Shown: positions 40,510-53,427 of the stretch, in pieces
Position numbering within the stretch: position 1 is the first letter of the stretch
Layout: the number at the start of each line of letters is the position of its first letter
NCBI GenBank assembly: GCA_964016885.1
Contig: OZ024740.1
Span: forward strand, 239,010,001 to 239,074,000
Reading direction: 5' to 3'
Origin: Eledone cirrhosa
Lineage: Eukaryota
Length of the DNA stretch: 64,000 bases
Position numbers and translations under genes: made by a program
Notes under the pieces: generated by a model
Told to the model about the DNA's origin: nothing
Seen by the model: the letters and a program-made list of their open reading frames with translations, nothing else
The model's database searches: none

Positions 40510-41890
40510 AGGCACTCAATACATGTGTGAAAGTGACGTCCGAACAAGTATCCTCCACTACCTACTAACTTACCCTCCGCCTCTAGGTCCCGGCCAACAG
40601 GATGGAGAATGCATTTACCCAGAGAACGGCGAGGGAGATGTGCTGGAACAGCCACTCAACATCGTGGGGCGGCCAACTCCGCTCCGATAGCAGTGAGTAG
40701 GGATGTGATCCGGGGGTCAAGAACACCGGAAGTTTCCACTGCTTCAGTCTCTACCACAAACATGTCCGAGAGCGACCGATACTTGGACAGTTTACCCTCT
40801 TCGGCTTGGCGGGAAGCAGAGCTATGTTGGTAGCCGAACGCACCAAGTTGCCACTTGAGTAGGTGTCACAGCAAGTGGCATCCCAGATGAGGGGCTACCC
40901 TTGCGGAACAGGAAGATTGTCATGTTATCTGGCTTCTTGCCGTTCCCTCTGTCCAGCCCTGCTGACTTGAGCTGGGAAGGGAAGCCTGAGCCGTTCAGGC
41001 CATGCTTTATGATCTCCTTGAGAGCAACATGGCGTGGGAGGCAGCCATCAGTGTAATGGCATGACAGTGGGTGGAGACCGAAAGGATCCACTGTGGTACC
41101 GCAGGAGGGGCATTTATGAGGCTCACAAGTGCGGAGGTCGACCTCAGGGAAACACAGCTGTCAAGTAGCCGCTGTCTACCTGAGAACCATTCGCAAGTAA
41201 GGGAACTATGTTGAACCAGGCTCCATTGTGGGGTTGGGAGGCCGAGTGGAAATATGCCAGACGGTGCTGGTCGAGCCGGCGCACCAGCTGTCTATCTGAA
41301 ACAATGTTGTAAATGATGACGTTCCATATCTTTAGGGGTGGTGGTGGTGGATGTCTACGGAGGGGAGAGGGGGATGGACGTTGACAGGGCGGAGGCGAGC
41401 TGGTTCCATGTTGCGTAGGTCGCCTCGCACTCCTCTATCATAGAAGGGTCAGTTCTGTTGCATAGAACTCGTTAATGAGGACATGACAAGAGGTCACCCA
41501 CGAAAAGAAAGCAGGCAGGGCCAGTGGGACAGGAGACCGAAGACCGAGTCGTCTTCAGTCTCCTGTCCCACTGGCCGGGTAAGGTGGCCTGCTGCTATCC
41601 GGTTTCGTCAAACATATCTCCTCATCATCCCATCGGATGCAGACTTCGAGATCTGTGAGGAGAGATGCTTGGCTGTAGCAAGGAGCACTGCAGAAGGTGT
41701 ATAAAAGCTTCGGCATGGCAAAGCAGTTCTTCAACAGAAAAAACTGCAGTATGGACATCAATCAGGCTCGGTTTACTGGTTATGGGTTCTAGTCTGAAAG
41801 AGGGTTGAGCGAATGGCAGGCGGGAGAATCGGTGAACTGAGGACAAGGGCAGCTTCCTTGGGAGTCACCTTCAAAGTACGTCATCCTTGT
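40510..41890 (-). mobile_element. CRE-like non-LTR retrotransposon fragment, decayed
   Basis: FFLLKNCFAMPKLLYTF; DPFGLHPLSC...PRHVALKEII...GLDRGNGKKPDNMTIF. Confidence 0.75.
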
Positions 41891-42134
41891 ACAGTTGTTG
41901 CTCACACAAATCAAACTATTTAATATAATCCGGACACAATGAAAATTATTGAGACACTTTCAGTTCAAACTAAAACAGTTTACATGGATTTTCCAGCTTT
42001 GGCGAATAAATATACAGAGCAATAATAATTCGTAATTGAAATAATATCATTTAATAAATAACTGGTTATGTTTATTAATGGATATTTGAAAAATAATGGG
42101 TTTGTAAACATGAATAAAAAAAATGTTAACTTAC

Positions 42135-42290
42135 GACAAGTTTCTTCACATTCTTTCTTATTTTCAAAGTTGTTGCTGTTTCCTTGGCAACCACCATATC
42201 CAAACTGTTCACACTGACCTGATGTACTGTTGTAGAAATACCGCGGCTTTCGAGCACGACACGGTCCTATCTTTTTGGGTTGTTCACATA
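42135..42290 (-). CDS. Multidomain Kunitz inhibitor gene, exon with Kunitz domain 1 (P1 Arg)
   Basis: ttattccAG ... GTAAG, 156 nt, phase 1-1; [51 protein letters not shown]. Confidence 0.9.
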
Positions 42291-43871
42291 CTGGAATAAT
42301 AGGAGGTAACATATTCCAAACGAAATCTAACACAAACACATATTGTATATCTTATCCAAACAACTTACAGCACACAAACAGTAAGAACAACTGTCAAATC
42401 ACCCACAACAGATACAAACGATAACATATACTGATAATGTTAGAGCTAACATACGTATTCGCCAAGACATTTTAGATTAATTTAAAATTACACTTTAGTG
42501 ATGAGGAGAGAGAGCATTATTAAGTTAATGATCAATTGTAGGGCGTTCGACTTTGTGACACGCAAGATAACAAAAGTTGTATCAATCCACGAATCCAGAC
42601 AGCTTTATTTCTTAACATTCAAACATCAAGGTAATTTCACTCTAAATTTTGATCTGAACCCTAAAGGCTGTGCTTTAGCATAACCTTAGCTGTGACAGTG
42701 AAAACAAACTAAATTAAAAAACAAACAAACTAAAGAACATATACACGTCACGTTCATCACCAGTTTTAATTCCATGCTGGTAACGGGTTGAACGAAGTCT
42801 GATTTCATATGGCTTTCAGTGACTGAGACGACAAGACTCCTTGTCACAAGGCTAAATCAGTTACTACTGATACTCATTTTCAGCTGAGTGGACTGGAGCA
42901 AAGTGAAATAAATTGCATAGCTCTTGAATATAACGTAGCTTAGTTTGGGAAACGAACACACGATATTATGATTGTGAAACCGACATCCTAACCACCAGGC
43001 TACGTGCCTTCAGTATATGTTGGTTTACGCTACACATCCTGCTATATACCGATTTACTGAAACCTTTCTCTTAATTTGTCTTACTATACACCGATTTCCA
43101 TTAAACTGTCTTAAACTGTCTTTTTTGTAAGTTTGCCTAAAATATCTGGCTGTCATCGCTTCACTTCTATCAGTCAACTTACAATGTTTCAGTCTCTACA
43201 TCTCATACGACAGAGTAATCCCTCGTCTCCAAATTTGTTCCATGCTTGCATACTGTTCCTACATCGGTTCAAACACAACATTAACCTTTCCATTGTGCTG
43301 GGGGATCTTAGTCGACCTTGAACACTACTTCTCATTTAACTGTTTCTAACATAGGCCGAAAACCAGAAATTTGTCAGGAAAGATTAGTCGATAAAATCGA
43401 CCCTGGCATTTGACTGGTTCTTTATTTTATCGATCTGGAATGATGAAAGGCAAAATTGACTCCGACGGGATTTAACCTCAGAATGTAAAGGGCCGTAACT
43501 ATCGAAAGGTATTTTGCCAGACGCTTGAAAAATTTCGCCAATTCACCACCCAAGATTAATTAATCAATAATGATTTCTAATTTAGGCGCAAGGCCAATAA
43601 TTTGTGGGGAAAGGAAAGTCGATTATATCGATCCAAGTATCTGACTGGTACTTTATTTTATTGATCTCGGATGGACGAAAGGCAAAGTTGATCTCGGCGG
43701 GATTTGAACTCAGAAAGTCACATTATTTATTTAAAAAGGTATACCTCGATGGACAATTTCAGTTACTTAGTGCAAAACTGTGGCCTAGAACCTGGAACAT
43801 ACATAAATACATACATACATAAATACATATATACATACATACATACATACATACATACATACATACTACAC

Positions 43872-44232
43872 AACTTGAGAAGCTGGGCTTCACAGAAACA
43901 GAAAGAACACGACTAGTTAGTAAATTACAAGTACAATTTATTAATGGAACAGTGAAAATATGTAAAACATTCCAAAAATTCTGCATTTAATAGCTTCATG
44001 TACACATGTACAGATTCAAAACATATACACATGCATATATATATAACTCAAAACATCCACATCCACACATACAACATCCATACCTGCACACACAAGCATG
44101 CATGCAGACATGCATACATATCTACCTAGTTGATGTTGTGTAAATTCCAATGAGAGAGTCTTGTATCTATGTTAGAGACCGACTCTCTTTATTAGTAAAC
44201 AAAATTGTGAAATTATAAAACCAGAAGAACAT
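43872..44232 (+). mobile_element. R4/Dong-like 3' fragment in a (TACA)n tract
   Basis: NLEKLGFTETERTRLVSKLQVQFINGTVKICKTFQKFCI* plus the shared 3' UTR. Confidence 0.82.
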
Positions 44233-44499
44233 ACATACATATATATTTGACCTCCGTCAGTTTCGACGATAAGTGTTTCAATTGTTCGAACGACAGAACA
44301 ACTTGTGAAATTACCGTACGAGTGACTGAGTATTCTATTCAGAGAGACTCGGTGTGATATAGTGGGTAAGTCTTCGAAATTCCAGGAATTGAACTCACGA
44401 CCATTCGATCGTGAGTCGAACACCCTTTGTGTGTCGAAGCCATGCGCTTTCACACACACACACAAGCACGTGCGCATGCGTAAATGCATACACAGACAC

Positions 44500-44910
<411 letters not shown>

Positions 44911-45244
44911 TGTAGACTGGACACTTTCCTGTTCACAAGTGGTTTTAGGCCTCATATTATGTTACTTTATTTTATCTAATGAGAACACAATTTTTGTCCC
45001 CCCAGGATGATGTTATTTTCGAAATGCGCATAATAAAATAGATGAAACTTTTTTAACCATCTTTTAATTTCTTCTTTAATATATACTCCAGTTCTACCGA
45101 CTGTTGAGTGCTACTTATCTGATATATGCATAGTTTTATTGTTGTACAATATTACTCACCTCCTACATATATATATCCATATATACATTCATTCATTTTG
45201 ATATATTAAAATTATAGGTGATTAAAGAAAATTGTCATATTTAC

Positions 45245-45424
45245 TTGGGAGATTGCTGAATGTAGATGCTGAGGCTTTCAAACAACAGAGGCCATAGTTG
45301 TTGTTCGGATGAATAATACATTTATAATCACCAACACAGTTAGTTAGAGGAGTGACATTACCGAAACAGTAGCCATTCGGGGAACCGGCTTGACATATAT
45401 TTTCCACTTCACCGGGTTTTGTGG
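45245..45424 (-). CDS. Multidomain Kunitz inhibitor gene, exon with a Lustrin/WR1-like cysteine-rich domain
   Basis: tttctttgatAG ... GTAAAT, 180 nt, phase 1-1; TKPGEVENICQAGSPNGYCFGNVTPLTNCVGDYKCIIHPNNNYGLCCLKASASTFSNLP. Confidence 0.75.
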
Positions 45425-45488
45425 CTATCAAAGAAATAATGTTAGAGATCAAGATTATGTTGTTGATATTTTAGTTGTAGCTCCACTC

Positions 45489-45585
<97 letters not shown>

Positions 45586-45754
45586 CACAGACACACACAC
45601 ACAAGTATGCATGGATCTGTAACTCCTGGTGGAGCCGTAGAGACGTACTTTGGGCGTATGCACACAGACAAAAAGTATTCTTATACATTTCATACATTGT
45701 TGAGTTAGTTCTCATCAGGACTTCAAACTTTATCCTTCTACCTTCAACAATTCA

Positions 45755-46143
45755 TAATTGTTTCTACTATTGGCACAAGGCCAGCAATTACCCAGTGTAT
45801 TACTGGTACTTTATTTTATCGACCCCGTAAGGATGAAAGGCAAAGTTAACCAGGGCCGTAACTCTATGCGTCAAAGCATGATATCCGACCCTCTACCAAT
45901 ACTGCCAATCTACCACCTTCAACAATTCATAATGGTTTCTTATATAGGCACAAGGCCAGTAATTTGGGGGGAGGGGAAAGTCGATTAAATCGACCCCAGT
46001 GCGTGACTGGTACTTTATTTTATCGACCCCATAAGGATGAAAGGCAAAGTTAACCTCAGCGGGATTTGAGCTCAAATCATAAAGAGCCGTAACTCTATGC
46101 TGCAAAGCATGGTATCCGACCCTCTACCGATACTGCCAATCCA
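45755..46143 (-). mobile_element. Two adjacent SINE family A copies
   Basis: Duplicated core and head segments, each followed by ccaccttcaacaattcataat. Confidence 0.8.
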
Positions 46144-46283
46144 CCTTCAACAATTCATAATGTTATTCAATGAGCGACGGCACCCAACTTTAAGACGCAG
46201 TTTGTAATGAATTCTCCGTGCGGTAAATTAATCGAAAAGAATGTGGAACCAAATGTGTCTTTTGCCCGATTTTGAAATATACA

Positions 46284-46317
<34 letters not shown>

Positions 46318-46520
46318 ATCTCTCTCCCCCTCTCTCTCTCTCTCTCTCTTTATATATATATGGACACACTAGAAGAGGAAGACCAAGGTTAACGTATGTT
46401 GATGCCCTAAGGACAGACACTGGTCTATTGGAGACGCAGGACATAGCAACGATAATGAGGGACAGAGACCGCTGGAGAGAATCTCGGGAATTTTACCCGC
46501 CTTAGAATAGAATATATATA

Positions 46521-46586
<66 letters not shown>

Positions 46587-47249
46587 CACACACACACACA
46601 CACATATATAGTGTATGTCCGAGTTGGTAGCAAATATATAGCCAGCTTGTTCTTGTCTCCAAAACAACAGCTATTTCTTTATTTCATGCATCTGCACCAA
46701 CATATTCAAAATTTTGGCGCAAATTTCCACCAAATAAACACAAGAGGTCTTTTTTTTGTATAAAAGACGGTATTGCCAGCTATCTATCTACATCTGAGTT
46801 GCTCGTTGATTCCAATAACAGCTTTAGTTAGTAACTGTCGGTCATTGCTGGCTGCAAGCCAGTCGCTATGCTAATCTGTCAATACCATATCTCACTCTTT
46901 TTAATTTCCTCGTTTACATCTTGAACTTATTTATCTATCTTTCACATTTACGTATCTCTCTAGGCGTGTCACCACTGACCCACAAGGTTAATTGTCCAAT
47001 CAACAAACTCAGTTCATCTACAAACGAAATTTCCGTAACCTTTGCTAAAGATCAACTTGTTATAATTATCTTTCGCTCACCATTCGAAGACTTGAACAGT
47101 TTTCAAATTAAATATTGGCGAATTAAATATAGACGAAAAGATATATTTGTTTTCTCTGCTGGTCTTTACCAACACTGCATTTGTCAGGTCAAAACAAACA
47201 TTATAGAAGTGGAAAGATGCTTTGCTGGTATATATTTATATATATATAT

Positions 47250-47627
47250 CGAGCAGCACAGCCTCCATCAAAACATCAAATTCATTTTTGAAGCTAGGAT
47301 TGAAGAGCAGCCAAATCATTGACGCTCTGGACCAAGTTTATGGAGACAATGATCCAAAGAAAGCAACAAACTACAAATGGATAAGTCGTTTTAGAAGTGG
47401 AAGAGAAGAGGTTGAAGATGATCCCGAGTTGAAGATGTAAAAAAGCAGCTTTGACATGATTTAAATCGCATGGCCCTCAGTTTTACACAGATGGACTTAA
47501 AGGCTGGTATCAACGTTTGCAGAAGTGTATTAATCTAGATGAATCATATGTTGAAAAATAAACATCATAACTTAAACCGTTTTTTCCATCCGTGCTTTTT
47601 CCACGAAAGTTTTGAAGCACCTTCGTA
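47250..47627 (+). mobile_element. Internally deleted mariner-like element
   Basis: [45 protein letters not shown] (HTH); terminal ttttgaagcaccttcgTA. Confidence 0.75.
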
Positions 47628-48055
47628 TATATATATATATATATATATATGATAATAAGGGCGCTGCGGAGTTGCAAATGGGTTACATATGAAAAAAAGT
47701 TTGTCCTTCATCAGTGATCTTCCAACCATCATAGGCATTTCATCGCTTTAAAGACCATATACCTCCGGTTGGTGCGAGCAACGGCTAAAAAAAGTCGTTG
47801 GGACACGTAAATAAAGGGGGAGCGAGGGTAAACAAACAAAATGGTGAAGCAACAGAAAGTGAGGAAGAAAGAGACAAGTCCCAGATTTCTATGAATTTAA
47901 ATTCGGTGAAATCGTGAACGAGAGAATAAAGACCATCAAACCTGGTTGAAATGTGAGCAAGGAAGGAATTTCGCACAGGTCTAATGGGAGGAAGAAGGGG
48001 TCTGGTCTGCGAATTCGGTAAACATAAGTTCTGTGAAATCGTATATATATATATA

Positions 48056-48169
48056 TAGGAAAAGAGTCAGGACCCCCGATGACTGATCTCCGGCCGTTTC
48101 GACTGCTAGATCGGATCTAGCTGTCGAAACGGCCGGAGCTCAGCCGTCGGGGTCCTGACTCTTTTCCTA
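48056..48169. repeat. Hairpin (~55-bp arms) made from the 3' half of a hammerhead-bearing pLTR
   Basis: taggaaaagagtcaggacccc...cggccgtttcgac.gctagatc / atctagc.gtcgaaacggccg...ggggtcctgactcttttccta; a single arm recurs at 55629-55685. Confidence 0.85.
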
Positions 48170-48638
48170 TTACCCACTCTACTACTCTAAGTATCGAGTA
48201 TTCTGGTGCGTTATGATCCGCCTGGTATATTACCACACCTTCTTTGTTATATATATATACATTTTTCTATAAATTCAAATATACCGACCAGAGTATTCAT
48301 GTATATCGACCAGCGACAGCAATGTTTATTCATTTAACTTCATCATAGCAATGATTAGCTTTCTATTTTACAATGAGTTCAACTCCTATCGAGCCCGCTT
48401 GTGTATAAAGCTATGGATTATATACAAGTTTCTACATAACCTGGAAATTATTTATCCCAAATTGTAGAAATCTTATAACGAAACGGCTGTCTGGAAGGAA
48501 AGAGATATTTATTTAATAATGTCTCATATAAAATAATACAACCAATTATCCACGAAATTGGGATAATACTTAGGTATATCCTAATGTTTGTTGAGTGAGA
48601 TGGAGTTGGTCGGAGTATCGCTTAAGGCTTTCTCTGTT

Positions 48639-48675
<37 letters not shown>

Positions 48676-48873
48676 ATACTTGGGGAGGGTCATATTTGTG
48701 TAATATTGCCAGAATTAATAACAGAACGCACTCACTGTTTGGTTGGTTTTCGCTTTTTGCTTCTGTGTCTTTTATATCGGTAATCTAATTTATTCGGTCC
48801 TCGATGTTGCCATTGACTGACCAACGGTCAAAAATACAGATACAATATAGACACAAACACATATATATAGTCT

Positions 48874-48915
48874 ATCAAAGTTCTTTCGTTGCACATCTGC
48901 AACATCGTCAGTGGT
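48874..48915 (-). ncRNA. Type I hammerhead motif with weak stem I
   Basis: ACCA CUGACGA u GUUGCA-gaug-UGCAAC GAAA GAAC UU UGAU; same layout as 51707-51751. Confidence 0.5.
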
Positions 48916-48990
48916 GCTATTGTTTCCTCCCGTTGCATTGTATGTCTACGCCATCTTTATTTAGTCTGTTTATATATATATATATATATT

Positions 48991-49595
48991 ATGTCAGGTC
49001 ACCACTTGGTGCTACTGGTAACATGTATCCCAGTACAACTTGTCTCATGGTCGGGTCGTTGGCGACTAAACTGGCAACCCCACCAAGGTTTCTTGGTGAG
49101 GAGGGTGACTTTGGACATCCTGCAGGACTAAAAACAAAACCTGTCAAAGGGCAAAGGAGCTCTTAAGAGTCAATGGCCATCCAAAATCACTGGGAGAGAT
49201 GACCCCTTAGCCTTTGTCAAGGCAGAATTCTAGGAGAAGGAAAACTCTGACATAACACCTGCAACCCTGATGGTATCCAATGATGTTGACTTGTTCTTCT
49301 TTTTGGTAAATATCATCTTGGTTAAGAGAGTGGGACTGGCTTTGTGCAGTACCTTTGCTCACTATAAAAGCTTCACGGCACAGGCATTGCTTTATATCTG
49401 GAGATCTCTCTGCACTTGTCACATGGTACCAAAGGCAATGCACTATGTGTCAATAATTGTCACAAGTGTAGTGTTTGTACCAGAGTTTTCAAGTCGCTGG
49501 CTGGACTAAAAAGTCACACTCGTTCAGCGCATCGGTAGGGGTTCTCCTACATGGATATAAAGTAGTGGCCGTACTCGAAAACGAGTTGGCAGCCA

Positions 49596-49599
<4 letters not shown>
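48991..49599. mobile_element. ~610-bp composite dispersed repeat, copy 2
   Basis: Matches 23519-24131, including the internal junction. Confidence 0.8.
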
Positions 49600-49675
<76 letters not shown>

Positions 49676-49681
49676 TGTATA

Positions 49682-49768
<87 letters not shown>

Positions 49769-50753
49769 TGCTCAAATGCTTCTTTTTTCGTGGGAGTGTT
49801 TTGTAAAGATAGTCTGGAATTTAAACTCGGACCGGAAAATCCGATACTGTTACGGCAAGGCATTTAGCGGTCCCACCAATATCTATAGTCCTTGCTCAGA
49901 TACTTTACTTATCGACATCTAAAGGAAGAAGGGCAAAGTTAACATCAGAGTAGATTTGAATTCATAGTGCAAAACGTTAAAACAAACACCACAAGGTATT
50001 CTTTCGGCTACTTTAATGGCTTTGTCAATACGCCGCCAAAATTATCTGACTAATGCATTAGTTAATGATTCATTAACTTTGCATTACTATCTCAGATAAT
50101 TAATGTGAGACACAGTTCACATGAAATGTTTAATTTCTATTTAGAACGTCTATTTAATTTATCAGTAAATTATCAGTAATTATTGATAATGATCATATTT
50201 AAAGTGAAAAGAATCATTGATACACAACAACAACAACAACAATCATTTCCAGTCATACAGACATCAGTAATTACCATTTATTAACTTAGGAGGCGGAGGA
50301 GGAGGGCAAAGATGGGGGATATCATCATCATGATCATCATCAAAATAATGTTTTCTAATTTAGGCATTAGGCCAGCAATTTTGAGGGGAAAGCAAAGCCG
50401 ATGAATCGACCCCAGTATTTGATTTAATTTTATCATCCCTGAAAGAATTCGAACTCAGAACATAAAGCTCCGTAACTAAATCCCGTGAGACATTTTTCTT
50501 CAACGTTCTTAATAATAATTTGATATTTAGGTACAAGGCTAGCAATTTGATTGGTACTTTATTTTATTGGCTCTAGAATGATGAAAGAAATGTTAACTTC
50601 GCTGGGAGTTAAACTCATTGTAAAATAGAAAGCTAATCATTGTTATGATGAAGTTAAATGAATAAACATTGCTGTCTATATATATATATATATAATATAT
50701 ATATATATATAATATATATAATCATTGCTATGATGTTAAATGACTAAACATTG

Positions 50754-50826
<73 letters not shown>

Positions 50827-50864
50827 CATTGGTATGATGTTAAATGAATAAACATTGGTGTCTA

Positions 50865-51012
<148 letters not shown>

Positions 51013-51017
51013 TACAC

Positions 51018-51456
51018 ACGAGGATACTTCAAAACGTAAAAAAAAGCACAGGTGGACAAAACGGTTTAGGTTATGATGTTTATAAAGCAACTTTTTTTAC
51101 ATCTTCAACTGGGGATCATCTTCAACCTCTTCTCTTCCACTTCTCTAACATGACTTATCCATTCGAAGGTTATTGATTTCTTTGGGGCATTGTCTCCATA
51201 AACTTGGTCCAGAGCGTCAATGATTCGGCGGCTCTTCCACCCTAGCTTCACCATGAATTGTTTTGATGGAGACCATGCTGCTCGAGCAGGGCTGACTTCC
51301 GACTCGTGCCACCGCGTTGCAACATGCATTTAAGGGTTTATGTTAGAACATATTATGACATGTTAGTACAAGAACGTACAGGTGCATTGAGATCAAAATC
51401 CTTGCATATGAATTTTGGCATTGCACTTTTTTTCACAAACTTTTTGAAGCCCCCCT

Positions 51457-51460
<4 letters not shown>
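51018..51460 (-). mobile_element. Internally deleted mariner-like element with both terminal inverted repeats
   Basis: cgaggatacttcaaaa ... ttttgaagccccccttgTA; [35 protein letters not shown]. Confidence 0.75.
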
Positions 51461-51489
<29 letters not shown>

Positions 51490-51706
51490 CGTTTCTGAAT
51501 TTGTTTAGCAAGATTCTTTATCTGAAATCGTGTGTTGAAACCGATATTGTTATACTTTGGGAGGGTCATGTTGCCAATAAGAAACACACGCACCAGTTGC
51601 TTTCACTTCAATTTAATTTATTAAATATTTATAAGTTTACAAATTTATAAATTTATAAATTTCTGGTTGGTTGGTTCCACAACCAGATAGTTGTTTATAT
51701 ATATAT

Positions 51707-51751
51707 AGTCATAGTTCTTTCGTCACACACTCTGTGACCTCTTCAGTGACT
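51707..51751 (-). ncRNA. Type I hammerhead ribozyme in the 3' pLTR of the adjacent PLE
   Basis: AGUCA CUGAAGA g GUCACA-gagug-UGUGAC GAAA GAAC UA UGACU; same strand as, and ~290 nt downstream of, the PLE ORF. Confidence 0.78.
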
Positions 51752-52041
51752 GGGGATTTCTTTCTTCGTTTCTGTGCCTTTCCTTTCTTCTATCCTACGC
51801 CATTTTGTTTGTGTGTGGGTTGCGTGCTCAGTTTGCGCATGCGCCACATCCGGGTGTCTGTGTGTGTGTTTGTGTTCATTTTTCTATTTTTCTATTTATA
51901 TTTTTCTATTTGTTTGTTTATTTATTTATTTATTGTTGGTTGGTTGTTTGTTCTATGTGTGTGTGTGTTTTCATTTTGTCTTGTGTGTGTTTTCAATTGT
52001 AAGTTGTTTGTTCTATGTGTGTGTGTGTTTTCATTTTGTCC

Positions 52042-53192
52042 TTAATTGTAAGTTGTGATGTTGCTGTTCCACTCATATTTTCTATTTAATTTTGGTTTTA
52101 ATTCTTTTATGCTTACTGCCTCTGTAATTTGCCTAAACATTGCGTCTTTCTTGTGTGTGGATTCTATTTTTATTTCTATGCTCTCTAATTTACCCCTGTG
52201 TTCTATCTTAGCATGTTGGTAGAGCACAGATGATTCTTTACTATCTTGGAGGTCTCGCCAGTGTTCATTTATTCGTTCCCCTATACTACGAGCTGTCTCA
52301 CCTATGTACACTACATTTTTGTTTCTACATTGTCCTTCAGTACATCTTATGCTATATACTACATTTCTAGTTTTACAGTTAATATGGGGGCTTATTTTAC
52401 AGGTTATGCATTTCTTATCTATACATGAGGGTCTTTGGAACGGGTATGTCTTGCTAATAAGTGTTTTTACGGAGGTACCAGGTCTTTCTACTATCTTAAT
52501 ATTGAGATTATGTTTCTTTAGGGCCCTTCTAAATTTGTAGGCTAGTTCGCCTCTAGGGGTTGTATTGATGAACATTACACTCTGGTATTTATTGCTATCA
52601 TACCATGAGTTTATTCTATTGGCCTTGTTCTTAGTTCTTTCTATTCTATTCCAAAATTTGCTCCTATACAAGGGGCAGGTCCCATTTATGTCATTATTTA
52701 CCATTTTTTCCCATTTGGTTCTGGCTCCTTTATACACTCTGATTCTATCTCTCTGATTGTAGCCAGAGAACTGCATACGGTGGATGAAGTGTTGTATGTG
52801 TCTCTCTAGTTCTTCGGGTTGCACATGCGGGACACATTTCTCATCACCCGTACCAAATCCGCAATCAGTATGTTGATTTTGGTATGGTCCGAAATGGCCG
52901 AGTTTCGGTGGATCAGATGTTTGGAAGTCATGGGTTTGGCATAATGGGAATGGAGGATTTGTTTTTGGTTGTTAATAGTATCTAACCAGAGCTCTGTGTC
53001 TAGTACAGGTAATCGATGGTTGGGGTGTCTACTTGGGTAGTCTATAGTAACTCTAATGCTCTGGTGGATGGAGTTTGCTATTTGCTGGATGCTTTCCATT
53101 GTGTTTTTCTCTAGTTCCTGACTGTTCTTTAGTGGGGGTGTCTTAACTACGATGTTTATATCATCTACGTAGCGGGAGTACATTATCACATC
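52042..53192 (-). pseudogene. Penelope-like element RT C-terminus plus GIY-YIG endonuclease (third PLE type); frameshift near 52810
   Basis: YSRYVDDINIV, LPVLDTELW, HYAKPM; CKTRNVVYSIRC...VYIGETARSIGERINEH...RQITEAVSI...LNRKYEW. Confidence 0.87.
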
Positions 53193-53227
53193 TGTGAGAA
53201 AAACCACAGACCCTCCATCTCAACTCA

Positions 53228-53265
53228 CCTTTTGAAAAGCAGAAGAACTGCGAAACCGGTAAAGG
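53228..53265 (+). ncRNA. Minimal hammerhead motif with U3:A8 variant core
   Basis: CCUU UUGAAAA GCAG-aagaa-CUGC GAAA CCGG UA AAGG, then AAUAAA; abuts the truncated 5' end of the PLE in opposite orientation. Confidence 0.68.
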
Positions 53266-53396
53266 AACCAAATAAATATATACATTTAAAAAAAAAATAA
53301 GACTCCAGTTGCATTTTCGATTTCATCTCTTTTTCTTTATACTTTCACTCTTGTAGGACACCTCGGTTATTTTTCATTTTGTAAAAAAAACCTCAC

Positions 53397-53427
<31 letters not shown>

